Shown here: positions 48,896 to 57,778 of the stretch, piece after piece
Layout: every line of letters starts with the position of its first letter
Numbering within the stretch: the stretch's first letter is position 1
From: Alphaproteobacteria bacterium
Lineage (GTDB): Bacteria > Pseudomonadota > Alphaproteobacteria > UBA828
Direction of reading: 5' to 3'
Assembly: GCA_965221125.1 (NCBI GenBank)
Contig: CBDCRW010000004.1
Location: 448,001 to 512,000 of the forward strand
Length of the DNA: 64,000 nucleotides
Position numbers and translations under genes: made by a program
The notes under the pieces: model-generated
The model's input: the letters and a program-made list of their open reading frames with translations, nothing else
Databases searched by the model: none
What the model was told of the DNA's origin: nothing

Positions 48896-50539
48896 TCAGA
48901 CGTCGAGCCAGACGTCCTGCAGGTGGTGGAAGCCCACGAGGTTGAGCTCCAGCCCCTGCACCTCCTCCTTCATCGCGGCGACGTAGGTGCCCTCATAGAG
49001 GTAGAGCCAGTAGGCGTCCTTCACCGCGACCTCCTGGATCTGGCGGATCTGCTCCGCGCGCTTCTCCGCGTCGAACTCGATGCGCTGGGCTTCGATCAGG
49101 ACATCCAGATCGGCGTTCTCCGAGAAGGTCCAGTTGAGCCCGGCCCCGGTCAGCATCATGGGGTAGATCAGGTCGGGGTCGCTGTAGGTGTAGTAGAAGA
49201 AACTCGTGTGGAACTTGCCCTGGCCGCCCAAGGCGAACCACTCGGCCACCGGGTAGGACTGGATCTCCATCGAGACGTTGATCTGCGAGAGGTCCTCCTG
49301 GATCACCTCCGCGACCCGCCGGAAGATCGGGCTCTCGATGTTGAGGTAGCTCATGGTGAAGCCGTCCGCGAGCCCGGCTTCGGCCATGAGCGCCTTGGCC
49401 TTCTCCAGGTCGTGGCGGAAGCCGTAGGTCTCGGTCTCCGGGTTGTATTGGGCGTAGGACGACGCCACCGGGCTGAAGGCGGGCTGGCCCTGGCCGTCGA
49501 GGACCAGCGCGATGATCTTGTCGCGGTTGACCGCGTAGTTGAGCGCCTGGCGCACGCGCACGTCGTCAAGCGGCGCCATCTTGTGGTTGAACATGGCGAA
49601 GAAGACGCCGACGGCGGGCCGGCTGTAAATCTTGTAGCCCTCCGTCGCCTCGATCTGGCGCAGCTTGTCCACCGGCACCGCCTCGGTGCCCGAGATGCAG
49701 TCCACGTCGCCGCTGAGCAGCGCCGCGAGGCGGGTCGCATCCTCCGGGATCACCACGTATTCGACCCGCTCGAGATAGGCCTTGCCCTCGTTGCTGTACC
49801 AGGGCGTGGCCCAGTTGTGCTCGTCGTTGCGCACGAGCTCGATGCCCTGGTCCGGGTCCCAGCGCACGAACTTGAAGGGCCCCGTGCCGCTGGGATTGCG
49901 GCCGAAGGCATCGCCTCGTTCCTCGACGGCCGCCTTGCTGATGGGCGCGCAGTAGGAATACCCGAGCCCCACCCAGAGCGGCACGAAGGGATCGGTGTAG
50001 TGATAGGCGATCGTCATGTCGTCGATCACCTCGGTGCCTTCGATGGGGCCCAGCATCCACGAGGTGGGGGACGCCGTGGTCTCGGCGCGGTGGCGCTCCA
50101 CGGTCCAGCGCACGACCTCGGCGTTGAAGGGCGAGCCGTCGTGGAAGTTGACGCCTTCGCGCAGCTTGAAGGTGACCGTCTTGCCCTCGTTGGAGAACTC
50201 CCAGCTGGTGGCGAGGCCCGGATAGACCGTGCCTGCCTCGTCCAGGTAAATCAGCGAATCGTAGATCTGCCATGCGATCTCGTGGGCGACGAGCAGGGTG
50301 GTCTTCTGCGGGTCGAGGGTGTCGGACTCCTGCCCGCGCGCGATGCGGAGCGTGCCCCCCGGCTTGGCGGCATTCGCGCTCGGAATGCTGAGGCCGGCGA
50401 ACGCTGCCGTGCCGCCCAGCGCCGCGCCGGCCTTGAGGAAATCGCGCCTGTTCATCTGCGCCCAGGCGCGCGCGTAGGCATATGTCTTCTCCTCGAAGGT
50501 CATCTCTTCGATGGGCTTCTTGTCGTGCGTGTCCGTCAT
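48896..50539 (-). CDS. Family 5 ABC substrate-binding protein (Tat-exported), paralog of the adjacent gene
   Basis: NRRDFLK Tat signal; DTLDP, FHDGSP, GTGPF and VRQALNYA motifs. Confidence 0.95.
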   Translation of the reverse strand: MTDTHDKKPIEEMTFEEKTYAYARAWAQMNRRDFLKAGAALGGTAAFAGLSIPSANAAKPGGTLRIARGQESDTLDPQKTTLLVAHEIAWQIYDSLIYLDEAGTVYPGLATSWEFSNEGKTVTFKLREGVNFHDGSPFNAEVVRWTVERHRAETTASPTSWMLGPIEGTEVIDDMTIAYHYTDPFVPLWVGLGYSYCAPISKAAVEERGDAFGRNPSGTGPFKFVRWDPDQGIELVRNDEHNWATPWYSNEGKAYLERVEYVVIPEDATRLAALLSGDVDCISGTEAVPVDKLRQIEATEGYKIYSRPAVGVFFAMFNHKMAPLDDVRVRQALNYAVNRDKIIALVLDGQGQPAFSPVASSYAQYNPETETYGFRHDLEKAKALMAEAGLADGFTMSYLNIESPIFRRVAEVIQEDLSQINVSMEIQSYPVAEWFALGGQGKFHTSFFYYTYSDPDLIYPMMLTGAGLNWTFSENADLDVLIEAQRIEFDAEKRAEQIRQIQEVAVKDAYWLYLYEGTYVAAMKEEVQGLELNLVGFHHLQDVWLDV

Positions 50540-50653
50540 CTCCCCGTCTCCCTATCTTGCTTCGTGTTTGTTGGTTGGAAGTAGCGTAACCCGGATTACT
50601 CGCCACGGTCACGGCCGAAGCCGGCGATCCGGCCCTTTGTGATCGGCGGGCGG

Positions 50654-51763
50654 TCACACCTCCACCCGCACGGCGCCGGCCGCGAGGGGCGCGAGGCGTG
50701 CGGGATCGAAGGGCGCGAGGTCGACGGTGCTGGCCTCTCCGTCGGCGATCAGCTCCGCGACCGCCTCGCCCGTGGCCGGGCCGTTCAGCATCCCCCACAC
50801 CGAGTGGGCCGTCGCCACGTAGGCGCCCGCAGCGCCTGGAACGGCGCCGATGAGCGGCAGCCCGTCCTCGACCACAGGGCGGTAGCAGGCCTGCTCGGCC
50901 AACACCTCGGCGCTGCCCAGCGCCGGCGCGAACTGCGCCGTCATGGCGCGGAGCCTGTCGCAGCCGCCCTCGTCCGGCACTACCGCGGCGGGGTCCACCG
51001 GCAGCGGCTGCTCGCTGGAAAGGCCGCAGACGTAGGTGGTGCCATCGGGCCGGGGCATCACCTCGGGCGAGGCGAGGATGCCGCCCTCGGCCTCCAGCTC
51101 CACGAAGAGCGCGTTGGGCACGGGCTCCGGCGCATAGCGGAAGACCAGGCTGTGGCCCTTCAGGCCGTAAATCGCCGGGAGCGGCAGCCAGTTGCTCGCG
51201 AGGACCGACCAGGGGCCCATGGCGATGACGACCGCATCGCCCGCCATCTCGTGCCCGTCCACCACGACGCCCCGCACGGCGCCATCGGCCTCCCGCGCCA
51301 CGCCGCTGACGGTGCCGATGGTCACCCGCGCGCCTTCGCTGAGCGCCGCCCGCATCATGGCGCCGGTGAACGCGGCGGGGTCGAGCTGGGCCGTGGTCTC
51401 GGCGGTGCCGAGCCTGGCGTGGACCGCCGCGCTGCCCGCGAGCCAGTCCGGCGCCGCGAGCTTGCGATAGAAGCCCACGTCGCGGCGGGCGCTGCTCACG
51501 ACGCCGAGGGTGTCGAGCCTGCGATACCCCCACTCGTCGTCGATGCGCTCGGCAAGCTCCGCGTGGAGCGCGAAGCTGCGCCGCGCCAGCGCCTCGACCG
51601 GCGAGCCGTCGCACCAGTCGAGCGCGAGGAACCCGCCCGACTTGCCGGAGGCCGCATTGGCGATGCCGGTGCGCTCGATCACCGTGCACGCGATGCCGCG
51701 CAGGCTGAGGAAGTAGGCGATCGACGTGCCGATCACGCCGCCACCGCAGATCAGCACCCGCAT
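50654..51763 (-). CDS. FAD-dependent oxidoreductase (DAO/glycine oxidase family)
   Basis: ICGGGVIG, ASGKSGG, CYRP, PLIG and HSVWG motifs. Confidence 0.9.
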   Translation of the reverse strand: MRVLICGGGVIGTSIAYFLSLRGIACTVIERTGIANAASGKSGGFLALDWCDGSPVEALARRSFALHAELAERIDDEWGYRRLDTLGVVSSARRDVGFYRKLAAPDWLAGSAAVHARLGTAETTAQLDPAAFTGAMMRAALSEGARVTIGTVSGVAREADGAVRGVVVDGHEMAGDAVVIAMGPWSVLASNWLPLPAIYGLKGHSLVFRYAPEPVPNALFVELEAEGGILASPEVMPRPDGTTYVCGLSSEQPLPVDPAAVVPDEGGCDRLRAMTAQFAPALGSAEVLAEQACYRPVVEDGLPLIGAVPGAAGAYVATAHSVWGMLNGPATGEAVAELIADGEASTVDLAPFDPARLAPLAAGAVRVEV

Positions 51764-51922
51764 GCGCGCCTCGCGGTGGCCACTCCTGACCGCATGGTGG
51801 TCGACACGGCGTCTCCAATCGCGTGAGCGACGCTCAGCCTAGCGCCGGCCCGGCAGCGGTTGCAAAGGCAGGCCCCTCGGCTACAGTCGGCGCCCTTTCA
51901 TCCCATGCACGGACGGACGCCC

Positions 51923-52306
51923 ATGCTCACCCGCGCGGAACTGATCGCACTCGTCGAGGACGCCTATTTCGCCAATGTCGACAACAAGAACCTGGAGCCT
52001 GCGGTCGCGTGCTTCGCGGAGGACGCGGAGCTCCGCATCCAGTCGGCGCACGTGAGCCACACCGGCCACGACCAGATCAGGCGCATGTTCAGCGACTTTA
52101 TGGGCGCGACCAAGATCATCTATCACGGCGACTTCACGCACGTCGTCGACGTGGAGCGCCAGTGGATCGCCTCGCAGTTCGTCGCCCGCAACGACTACGA
52201 CGACGGCCGCAACGTGGAGATGCGCAACTGCAACTTCTTCCAGGTCGAGGACGGCCGCTTCAAGCGCGTCACCATCTACATGACCGACGAGAACCCGCTG
52301 GTCTGA
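51923..52306 (+). CDS. NTF2/SnoaL-like protein
   Basis: YF..VD, CFAEDA, G.DQIR and DGRFKRV pattern. Confidence 0.85.
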   Translation: MLTRAELIALVEDAYFANVDNKNLEPAVACFAEDAELRIQSAHVSHTGHDQIRRMFSDFMGATKIIYHGDFTHVVDVERQWIASQFVARNDYDDGRNVEMRNCNFFQVEDGRFKRVTIYMTDENPLV

Positions 52307-52385
52307 TTGGGGCGTTGCCGGGCGGCTTCTTGCGGCATCCGGTGCTATTCGCCAGACTCGGCGCCGAAATCGCGAAGGATAAGGC

Positions 52386-53396
52386 ATGAGCGAACGCCCG
52401 CAGATCGACCCGCCCTATCTGCTCTTCCTCGGCGATGCGCGCGATGCGCTCGCCGCCAAGACCGCGCGCGGCGTGTTCGTCTTCCGCCCGGAGTGGTGCC
52501 TCGGCCAGATCAGGCTGCCGGGCTGCAAACCCCGCCTCGACCTGCCCGAGATGACGGTGGAGGAGGCGGCGGCCAAGGGTGCCAAGAGCCTCATCGTCGG
52601 AGTCGCCAACGCGGGCGGCGTGGTCAGCGAGAGCTGGATCGAGACCCTCGTGGCGGCGCTGGAAGCGGGCCTCGACGTCGCCAGTGGGCTGCACGTGCGC
52701 CTGAGCGACCTGCCGGCGGTGCGGGATGCCGCCGAGGCGAACGGCCGGCACCTCTTCGACGTGCGCCACCCGTCGCAGGAGTTCAAGGTGGGCTCCGGCG
52801 TGAAGAGGGCCGGCAAGCGCCTGCTTACGGTGGGCACCGACGCCTCGGTCGGCAAGATGTACGCCACGCTCGCGCTCGAAGCCGAGTGGCGCCGGCGCGG
52901 CGTCCCCTGCACCTTCCGCGCGACCGGGCAAACCGGCATCTTCGTCGCGGGCCGCGGGGTCTCGGTCGACGCGGTGGTGGCGGACTTCATCTCCGGCGCC
53001 ACCGAGTGGCTTACGCCTGAGAACGACCCGGAGCATTGGGACCTGGTCGAGGGGCAGGGCTCGCTCCACCATCCCTCCTACGCGGGCGTGACCCTCGGCC
53101 TGATCCACGGCGCCCAGCCGGACGCCATCGTGGTCTGCCACGAGCCGACGCGGACCAACATGCGCGGCCTGCCGCACTGGCCGCTGCCGGAGCTCGGCGA
53201 GAGCATCGAGGCCAACCTGCAGGCGGCGCGGCTCACCAATCCGGACGTCGTCTGCGCCGGCATCTGCGTCAACACCGAGGCGCTCGGCGACGCGGAGGCC
53301 GCGGCGCTGCTGGACGAGCTCGGCGCGGCCCACGGGCTCCCCTGCGTCGATCCCATCCGCACCGGCACGGGCTCCATCGCCGACCGCGTGCTGTAG
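52386..53396 (+). CDS. dgcN: DUF1611 P-loop protein, D-glutamate N-acetyltransferase DgcN-like
   Basis: AKTA.G, ASGLH, GTDASVGKM, ATGQTG, DFISGA.E and EGQGSL motifs; upstream of a DgcA-like gene. Confidence 0.85.
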   Translation: MSERPQIDPPYLLFLGDARDALAAKTARGVFVFRPEWCLGQIRLPGCKPRLDLPEMTVEEAAAKGAKSLIVGVANAGGVVSESWIETLVAALEAGLDVASGLHVRLSDLPAVRDAAEANGRHLFDVRHPSQEFKVGSGVKRAGKRLLTVGTDASVGKMYATLALEAEWRRRGVPCTFRATGQTGIFVAGRGVSVDAVVADFISGATEWLTPENDPEHWDLVEGQGSLHHPSYAGVTLGLIHGAQPDAIVVCHEPTRTNMRGLPHWPLPELGESIEANLQAARLTNPDVVCAGICVNTEALGDAEAAALLDELGAAHGLPCVDPIRTGTGSIADRVL

Positions 53397-53408
53397 AGGC
53401 CGGGCCCC

Positions 53409-54389
53409 GTGAGGCGGCTCACCGTTCGCCTCGAAACCTGGCCGCTCGCGAGCGCCTTCCGCATCTCGCGCGGCGCCAAGACCGAGGCGCACGTCGTCGT
53501 CGCCGAGGTCGCCGACGGCGCCTGCGCCGGCCGGGGCGAGGCGGTTCCCTATCCCCGCTACGACGAGACGCCGGAGGGCACGCGGGCGGAGATCGAGAGC
53601 GTGCGGGACGCCGTGGAGGGCGGACTCGGCCGCGAGGCCCTGCTGGAGGCGCTGCCGCCGGGCGCCGCCCGCAACGCGCTCGACTGCGCTCTCTGGGATC
53701 TCGAAGCGAAGCAGGCGGGCCAGCCGGCCTGGGCGCTGGCGGGGCTCGCAGCGCCGAAGCCCTGCGTCACCGCCGTGACGCTCAGCCTCGATACGCCGGA
53801 GAACATGGGTGCAGCCGCGGCCCGGCATGCGCACCTGCCCCTGCTCAAGCTCAAGGTCACCGGCGAGGGCGACGCGGAGCGCATCCGTGCCGTGCGCGAG
53901 AACGCGCCCCGCGCCCGGCTGATCGTGGATGCGAACGAGGGCTGGTCGCTACCCATGCTGGACGAGCTGCTGCCGGCCCTTGCCGCGCTCGGGGTGGAGA
54001 TGGTGGAGCAGCCGCTGCCTGAGGCGGAGGACGCGGCGCTCGAAGGCCGCCAACCGGCCATCCCGCTTTGCGCCGACGAGAGCTGCCACACCCGTGCCGA
54101 CCTGCCCCGGCTCGCCGGCCGCTATCCCGTGGTCAACATCAAGCTGGACAAGACCGGAGGGCTGACGGAGGCGCTGGCGCTGGCCAGGGAGGCGCAGGCC
54201 ATGGGCTTTCGCATCATGGTCGGCAGCATGGTCGGCACCTCGCTCGCCATGGCGCCGGCGGCGCTGCTCGCGGGCTTTGCCGAGTACGTCGATCTCGACG
54301 GCCCCCTGCTGCTGGCCCGCGACCGCGCGCCGGGGCTCGTCTACGACGGCGCGGTGATGTCACCGCCCGATCCCGCGCTTTGGGGATAG
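53409..54389 (+). CDS. dgcA: N-acetyl-D-Glu racemase DgcA / L-Ala-D/L-Glu epimerase (enolase superfamily)
   Basis: FRISRGAKT, KLK, DANEGW, EQP, ADES, NIKLDKTGG and DLDGP motifs. Confidence 0.85.
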   Translation: MRRLTVRLETWPLASAFRISRGAKTEAHVVVAEVADGACAGRGEAVPYPRYDETPEGTRAEIESVRDAVEGGLGREALLEALPPGAARNALDCALWDLEAKQAGQPAWALAGLAAPKPCVTAVTLSLDTPENMGAAAARHAHLPLLKLKVTGEGDAERIRAVRENAPRARLIVDANEGWSLPMLDELLPALAALGVEMVEQPLPEAEDAALEGRQPAIPLCADESCHTRADLPRLAGRYPVVNIKLDKTGGLTEALALAREAQAMGFRIMVGSMVGTSLAMAPAALLAGFAEYVDLDGPLLLARDRAPGLVYDGAVMSPPDPALWG

Positions 54390-54403
54390 CGTCCCACCGT
54401 CGA

Positions 54404-54432
54404 TTCTTTACCAATTGCGTTAGGGTAAAGAA
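54404..54432. promoter_or_regulatory. Inverted-repeat operator upstream of the TA operon
   Basis: Perfect 9-bp arms TTCTTTACC-N11-GGTAAAGAA in an AT-rich promoter region. Confidence 0.65.
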
Positions 54433-54478
54433 ATAGATAGTGTTTGCGCGAGTTGGCTGTGCCCGAAGGGACGACCGC

Positions 54479-54706
54479 ATGCCGCGAGTCAGCGCCAAGC
54501 GACAGATCACGCTTCCCATCGATCAGTGCAGGGAAGTCGGGATCGGGCCGGGGGACGAGTACCGGAGCTTCGTCGCCGACGGCCGCATCACCATCGTGCG
54601 GAAGACCTCCGGCGCGGCCCGAGGGTTCCTGCGCCATGTCGCCGGCGATCCTGCCGTCAGCGACGATGAGTCCCTGCAGGACGCGCTGGACGAGCCGACG
54701 TCTTGA
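54479..54706 (+). CDS. AbrB/MazE/SpoVT-family antitoxin
   Basis: MPRVSAKRQITLP...GIGPGD pattern; overlaps the PIN gene start. Confidence 0.88.
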   Translation: MPRVSAKRQITLPIDQCREVGIGPGDEYRSFVADGRITIVRKTSGAARGFLRHVAGDPAVSDDESLQDALDEPTS

Positions 54707-55137
54707 TCGCCGTCGACACCAGTGTCCTGCTCCGGTATCTGCTGCACGACGATGAGGCCCAGGCGGCACGGGCGGATGCTGTTTTCGCTGCGGGCGAGAC
54801 CGTCCTGATCACGGACGTCGTGCTGGCGGAGGCCGTGTGGACCCTCGCCGGGCGCAAGTACCGGCTGGGCAGGGCCGGGCTGGCGGCCGTCCTGGAACGG
54901 CTCTTCAGCGAGCCGAACGTCCGTTTCGAGGACGACCAGGTGGTCTGGCGCGCCCTGCAGGCGTACCGACGCGCCGCCCCGGCGGGCGAGGCCGGATCAG
55001 CGAAGGGTGCCGGCTTCGCCGATGCGTTGATCGTGTTCAAGGCTCGGCGCGCCGCGGCGGACTCCGACCAGGCGTTGAGGGGCGTCTGCACCTTCGACGC
55101 GGCCATGGGGCGGCTGCCGCACGCCGTATCGCTCTGA
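54703..55137 (+). CDS. vapC: PIN-domain VapC-like toxin
   Basis: IAVDTSVLLRYL, LAE.VW.L, FADAL and TFD motifs. Confidence 0.9.
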   Translation: MIAVDTSVLLRYLLHDDEAQAARADAVFAAGETVLITDVVLAEAVWTLAGRKYRLGRAGLAAVLERLFSEPNVRFEDDQVVWRALQAYRRAAPAGEAGSAKGAGFADALIVFKARRAAADSDQALRGVCTFDAAMGRLPHAVSL

Positions 55138-55256
55138 AAGCGCCTGCCCTTTGTAATTCAATCGGGCTGTAGTCTTGTCTCTGCCGGTCCTATCTGAAAT
55201 TCTGGCCGCGACATCGGGAGGCCCGGCGCGGACCGGGCCGGCACAGCGAGGGGGCG

Positions 55257-55910
55257 ATGGGCCGCCTGTTGGAGCTCGGGGAGCGGGTGGAGCTTGTCTC
55301 CATGGACCCGCACTTCCACGACATCAGCATCGCCCTCTACCGCTGCAGTGGGGAGGGCGGCGCGTCGTGTTACCTCGTCCACAGCTACAGCGGGAAGGAG
55401 GGCGCCGCCGAACGGCTGGCCTTCGTGATGCGGGCGATGGCGGTCATGGGCGGCATGGGGCCCGCGCCGGGGCAACCGGGTCGCCTGGCCTTCGCCTGCG
55501 GCGCCGAGCACCGGGCGGCGGTCAAGCGGCTCTTCCTCGAAGCCTGCAAGAAGGCACCGGGTTCGGACGTCGAAGCGCTGCCCATGAGCATCTACGACAA
55601 GAAGAACGACTTCACCATCAGCGCGACCAATATCGGCGGGGGCGCCTACCGGCTCGCAGCCGACGTCGGCGCGGCGGACGACAAGGTGGCGCGGCGCGTG
55701 GACGGCGTGACGCGCGGGCTGATCAAGCTCGCCGAGATGGAGCCGGGCGAGGCGCCGGGCGAGGCCCGCTTTGCCTGCGGCACGGCCCATGACGAGCTCG
55801 TGGGCCTCCTGCTCGGCCGGGCGCTCAACGTCCGCGCCGCCATGCGCGAGGCGGAGGCCGCGGCGGCGCGGGGCGTCCTCGCCGCGCCGAGCGCGCAACA
55901 GCAGACCTGA
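55257..55910 (+). CDS. Hypothetical protein, first gene of the corrinoid methyltransferase cluster
   Basis: Host-like codon usage, RBS, and an 18-bp gap to the next gene. Confidence 0.85.
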   Translation: MGRLLELGERVELVSMDPHFHDISIALYRCSGEGGASCYLVHSYSGKEGAAERLAFVMRAMAVMGGMGPAPGQPGRLAFACGAEHRAAVKRLFLEACKKAPGSDVEALPMSIYDKKNDFTISATNIGGGAYRLAADVGAADDKVARRVDGVTRGLIKLAEMEPGEAPGEARFACGTAHDELVGLLLGRALNVRAAMREAEAAAARGVLAAPSAQQQT

Positions 55911-55928
55911 GGATCGGGAGCGAGAGCG

Positions 55929-56972
55929 ATGACGGCAGTACCCTCGATGACCAGCCGCGAGCGGGTGCTCGCAGCGCTGAACCGCAAGCCGGTGGATCGC
56001 ACGCCCGTGTGCAACCCCACCTCGGTCGCCACGGTGGAGCTGATGGACCTGGTGGACGCGAACTTTCCGTTCGCGAACCGCGACCCGGAGCTGATGGCGC
56101 GGCTCGCCGCCACCAGCTACACCGAATTGGGCTTCGACAGCATCATGCCGGTCTTCTCGATCATCCAGGAGTCGTCGGCGCTCGGCTGCAAGATGCAATG
56201 GGAGCAGAAGGACAATTGGCCGACCGTGCGCATGCGCGAGCCGATCTGGGAGGACGTGGACGACATCCGCATCCCCAACGACTTTCTCCTGCACCCGGAC
56301 ATGGCTTGCGTGATCGAGGGGATCCGCATGCTGCGCCGCGAGTTCGGCAACGAGGTCGCAATCATCGGCAAGACCATGGGGCCGTGGACCCTCGGCTATC
56401 ACTGCTTCGGCGTCGAGCCCTTCCTGCTGATGTCCCTCGACGATCCGGGCAAGACCAAGCTCGCGCTCGACCGCATGAAGGAGGCGACGATCATCTTCGG
56501 GCTGGCACAGATCGAGGCGGGCGCGGACGCGCTCACGCTCCCCGATCACGCCACCGGCGACCTGGTGAGCGCGGACTACTACAGGCGCTATCTCAAGGAT
56601 CTCCACATCGAGTTCGTGGAGCGCCTGCCGGTGCCGATCATCCTCCACATCTGCGGGCGCACCGTGGACCGCATGGGCTATATCGCCGAGACCGGGATCG
56701 CCGCCTTCCACTTCGATTCCAAGAACGCACCGGCCGAGTCCATGCAGATGATGGACGATCGCGTCTCGCTGGTCGGCAACATCAACAATCCCGAGACGCT
56801 GTTCGCCAAGGGGCCGGAGGACGTGCGCAAGGAGGTGTATGCCAACCTCGACGCCGGCGTGCAGGGAGTGGGGCCGGAATGCGCCATCCCGCTCCAGACT
56901 TCGATCGAGAACCTGCGCGAGATACCGCTGGCGGTGCGCGACTGGCACGCCGAGCACGGCCGCTCTCACTGA
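55929..56972 (+). CDS. MtaA/CmuA-family (URO-D fold) corrinoid methyltransferase
   Basis: MTSRERV, DRTPV, E..ALGC, GPWTL, Zn ligands ILHICG and GPEC, LVGNI. Confidence 0.9.
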   Translation: MTAVPSMTSRERVLAALNRKPVDRTPVCNPTSVATVELMDLVDANFPFANRDPELMARLAATSYTELGFDSIMPVFSIIQESSALGCKMQWEQKDNWPTVRMREPIWEDVDDIRIPNDFLLHPDMACVIEGIRMLRREFGNEVAIIGKTMGPWTLGYHCFGVEPFLLMSLDDPGKTKLALDRMKEATIIFGLAQIEAGADALTLPDHATGDLVSADYYRRYLKDLHIEFVERLPVPIILHICGRTVDRMGYIAETGIAAFHFDSKNAPAESMQMMDDRVSLVGNINNPETLFAKGPEDVRKEVYANLDAGVQGVGPECAIPLQTSIENLREIPLAVRDWHAEHGRSH

Positions 56973-57019
56973 TCGCCTTGGCCTCCTGACGCCCCGCCGA
57001 ATCCACCACTGAGTCCCCG

Positions 57020-57769
57020 ATGGTCGAGCTTGCCGACATCGCCAACGCGGTGATCCGCGACGAGATCGAGGAGTTTCTCGAGCGCCCCGACGAGATCGAG
57101 CGCAACGTCGCGCTCTTCGCCCGCATGCGGCCCGAGATGCAGGACATCGCTGCCGCCCTGATCGAAGGCGACAACCACACGGTGGACGCGCTCACGACCA
57201 AGGCGCTGGAGGAAGGCACCGAGGCGCTGGAGATCATGGACGACGGGCTCATCGCCGGCATGGGGATCGTCGGCATCAAGTTCCGCGAGAATTTCATCTT
57301 CGTGCCCGAGGTGCTGGCGTGTGCGCGGGCGATGAAGGCGGGCATGGCCCACATCGAGCCGATTCTCTCCGCCTCGGGTGTGGAGCCCATCGGCACCGTC
57401 ATCATGGGCACGGTCAAGGGCGACCTCCACGATATCGGCAAGAACCTCTGCATCATGATGCTTTCGGGCGCCGGCTTCGACGTGGTCGACCTCGGCGTCG
57501 ACACCTCCGAGGACGAGTTCATCGCGGCGCTGGAGGAGCACGAGGCACCGATCATGGGCATGTCCGCGTTGCTCACCACGACGATGCCGAACATGGGCAA
57601 GACCATCGAGGCGCTGATCGACGCCGACCTGCGCGACGACGTGATGGTGATGGTGGGCGGTGCGCCGGTGACGCAAGAGTTCGCCGACGACATGGGCGCC
57701 GACGGCTACGGCAAGGACGCGCTCTCCTGCGTGGCGCTCGCCAAGAAGCTGGTGGAAGAGCGCGGTTAG
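57020..57769 (+). CDS. Corrinoid (B12-binding) protein
   Basis: Cap domain GLIAGM..VG..F....FVPEVL; GDLHDIGKNL, DLGVD, SALLTTTM and VGGAP motifs. Confidence 0.96.
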   Translation: MVELADIANAVIRDEIEEFLERPDEIERNVALFARMRPEMQDIAAALIEGDNHTVDALTTKALEEGTEALEIMDDGLIAGMGIVGIKFRENFIFVPEVLACARAMKAGMAHIEPILSASGVEPIGTVIMGTVKGDLHDIGKNLCIMMLSGAGFDVVDLGVDTSEDEFIAALEEHEAPIMGMSALLTTTMPNMGKTIEALIDADLRDDVMVMVGGAPVTQEFADDMGADGYGKDALSCVALAKKLVEERG

Positions 57770-57778
57770 GCGAAGCCG

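Noticed and set aside
55138-55256. Cobalamin riboswitch upstream of the B12 cluster
   Set aside because: The region is too short and lacks the B12-box and GGGAA motifs.
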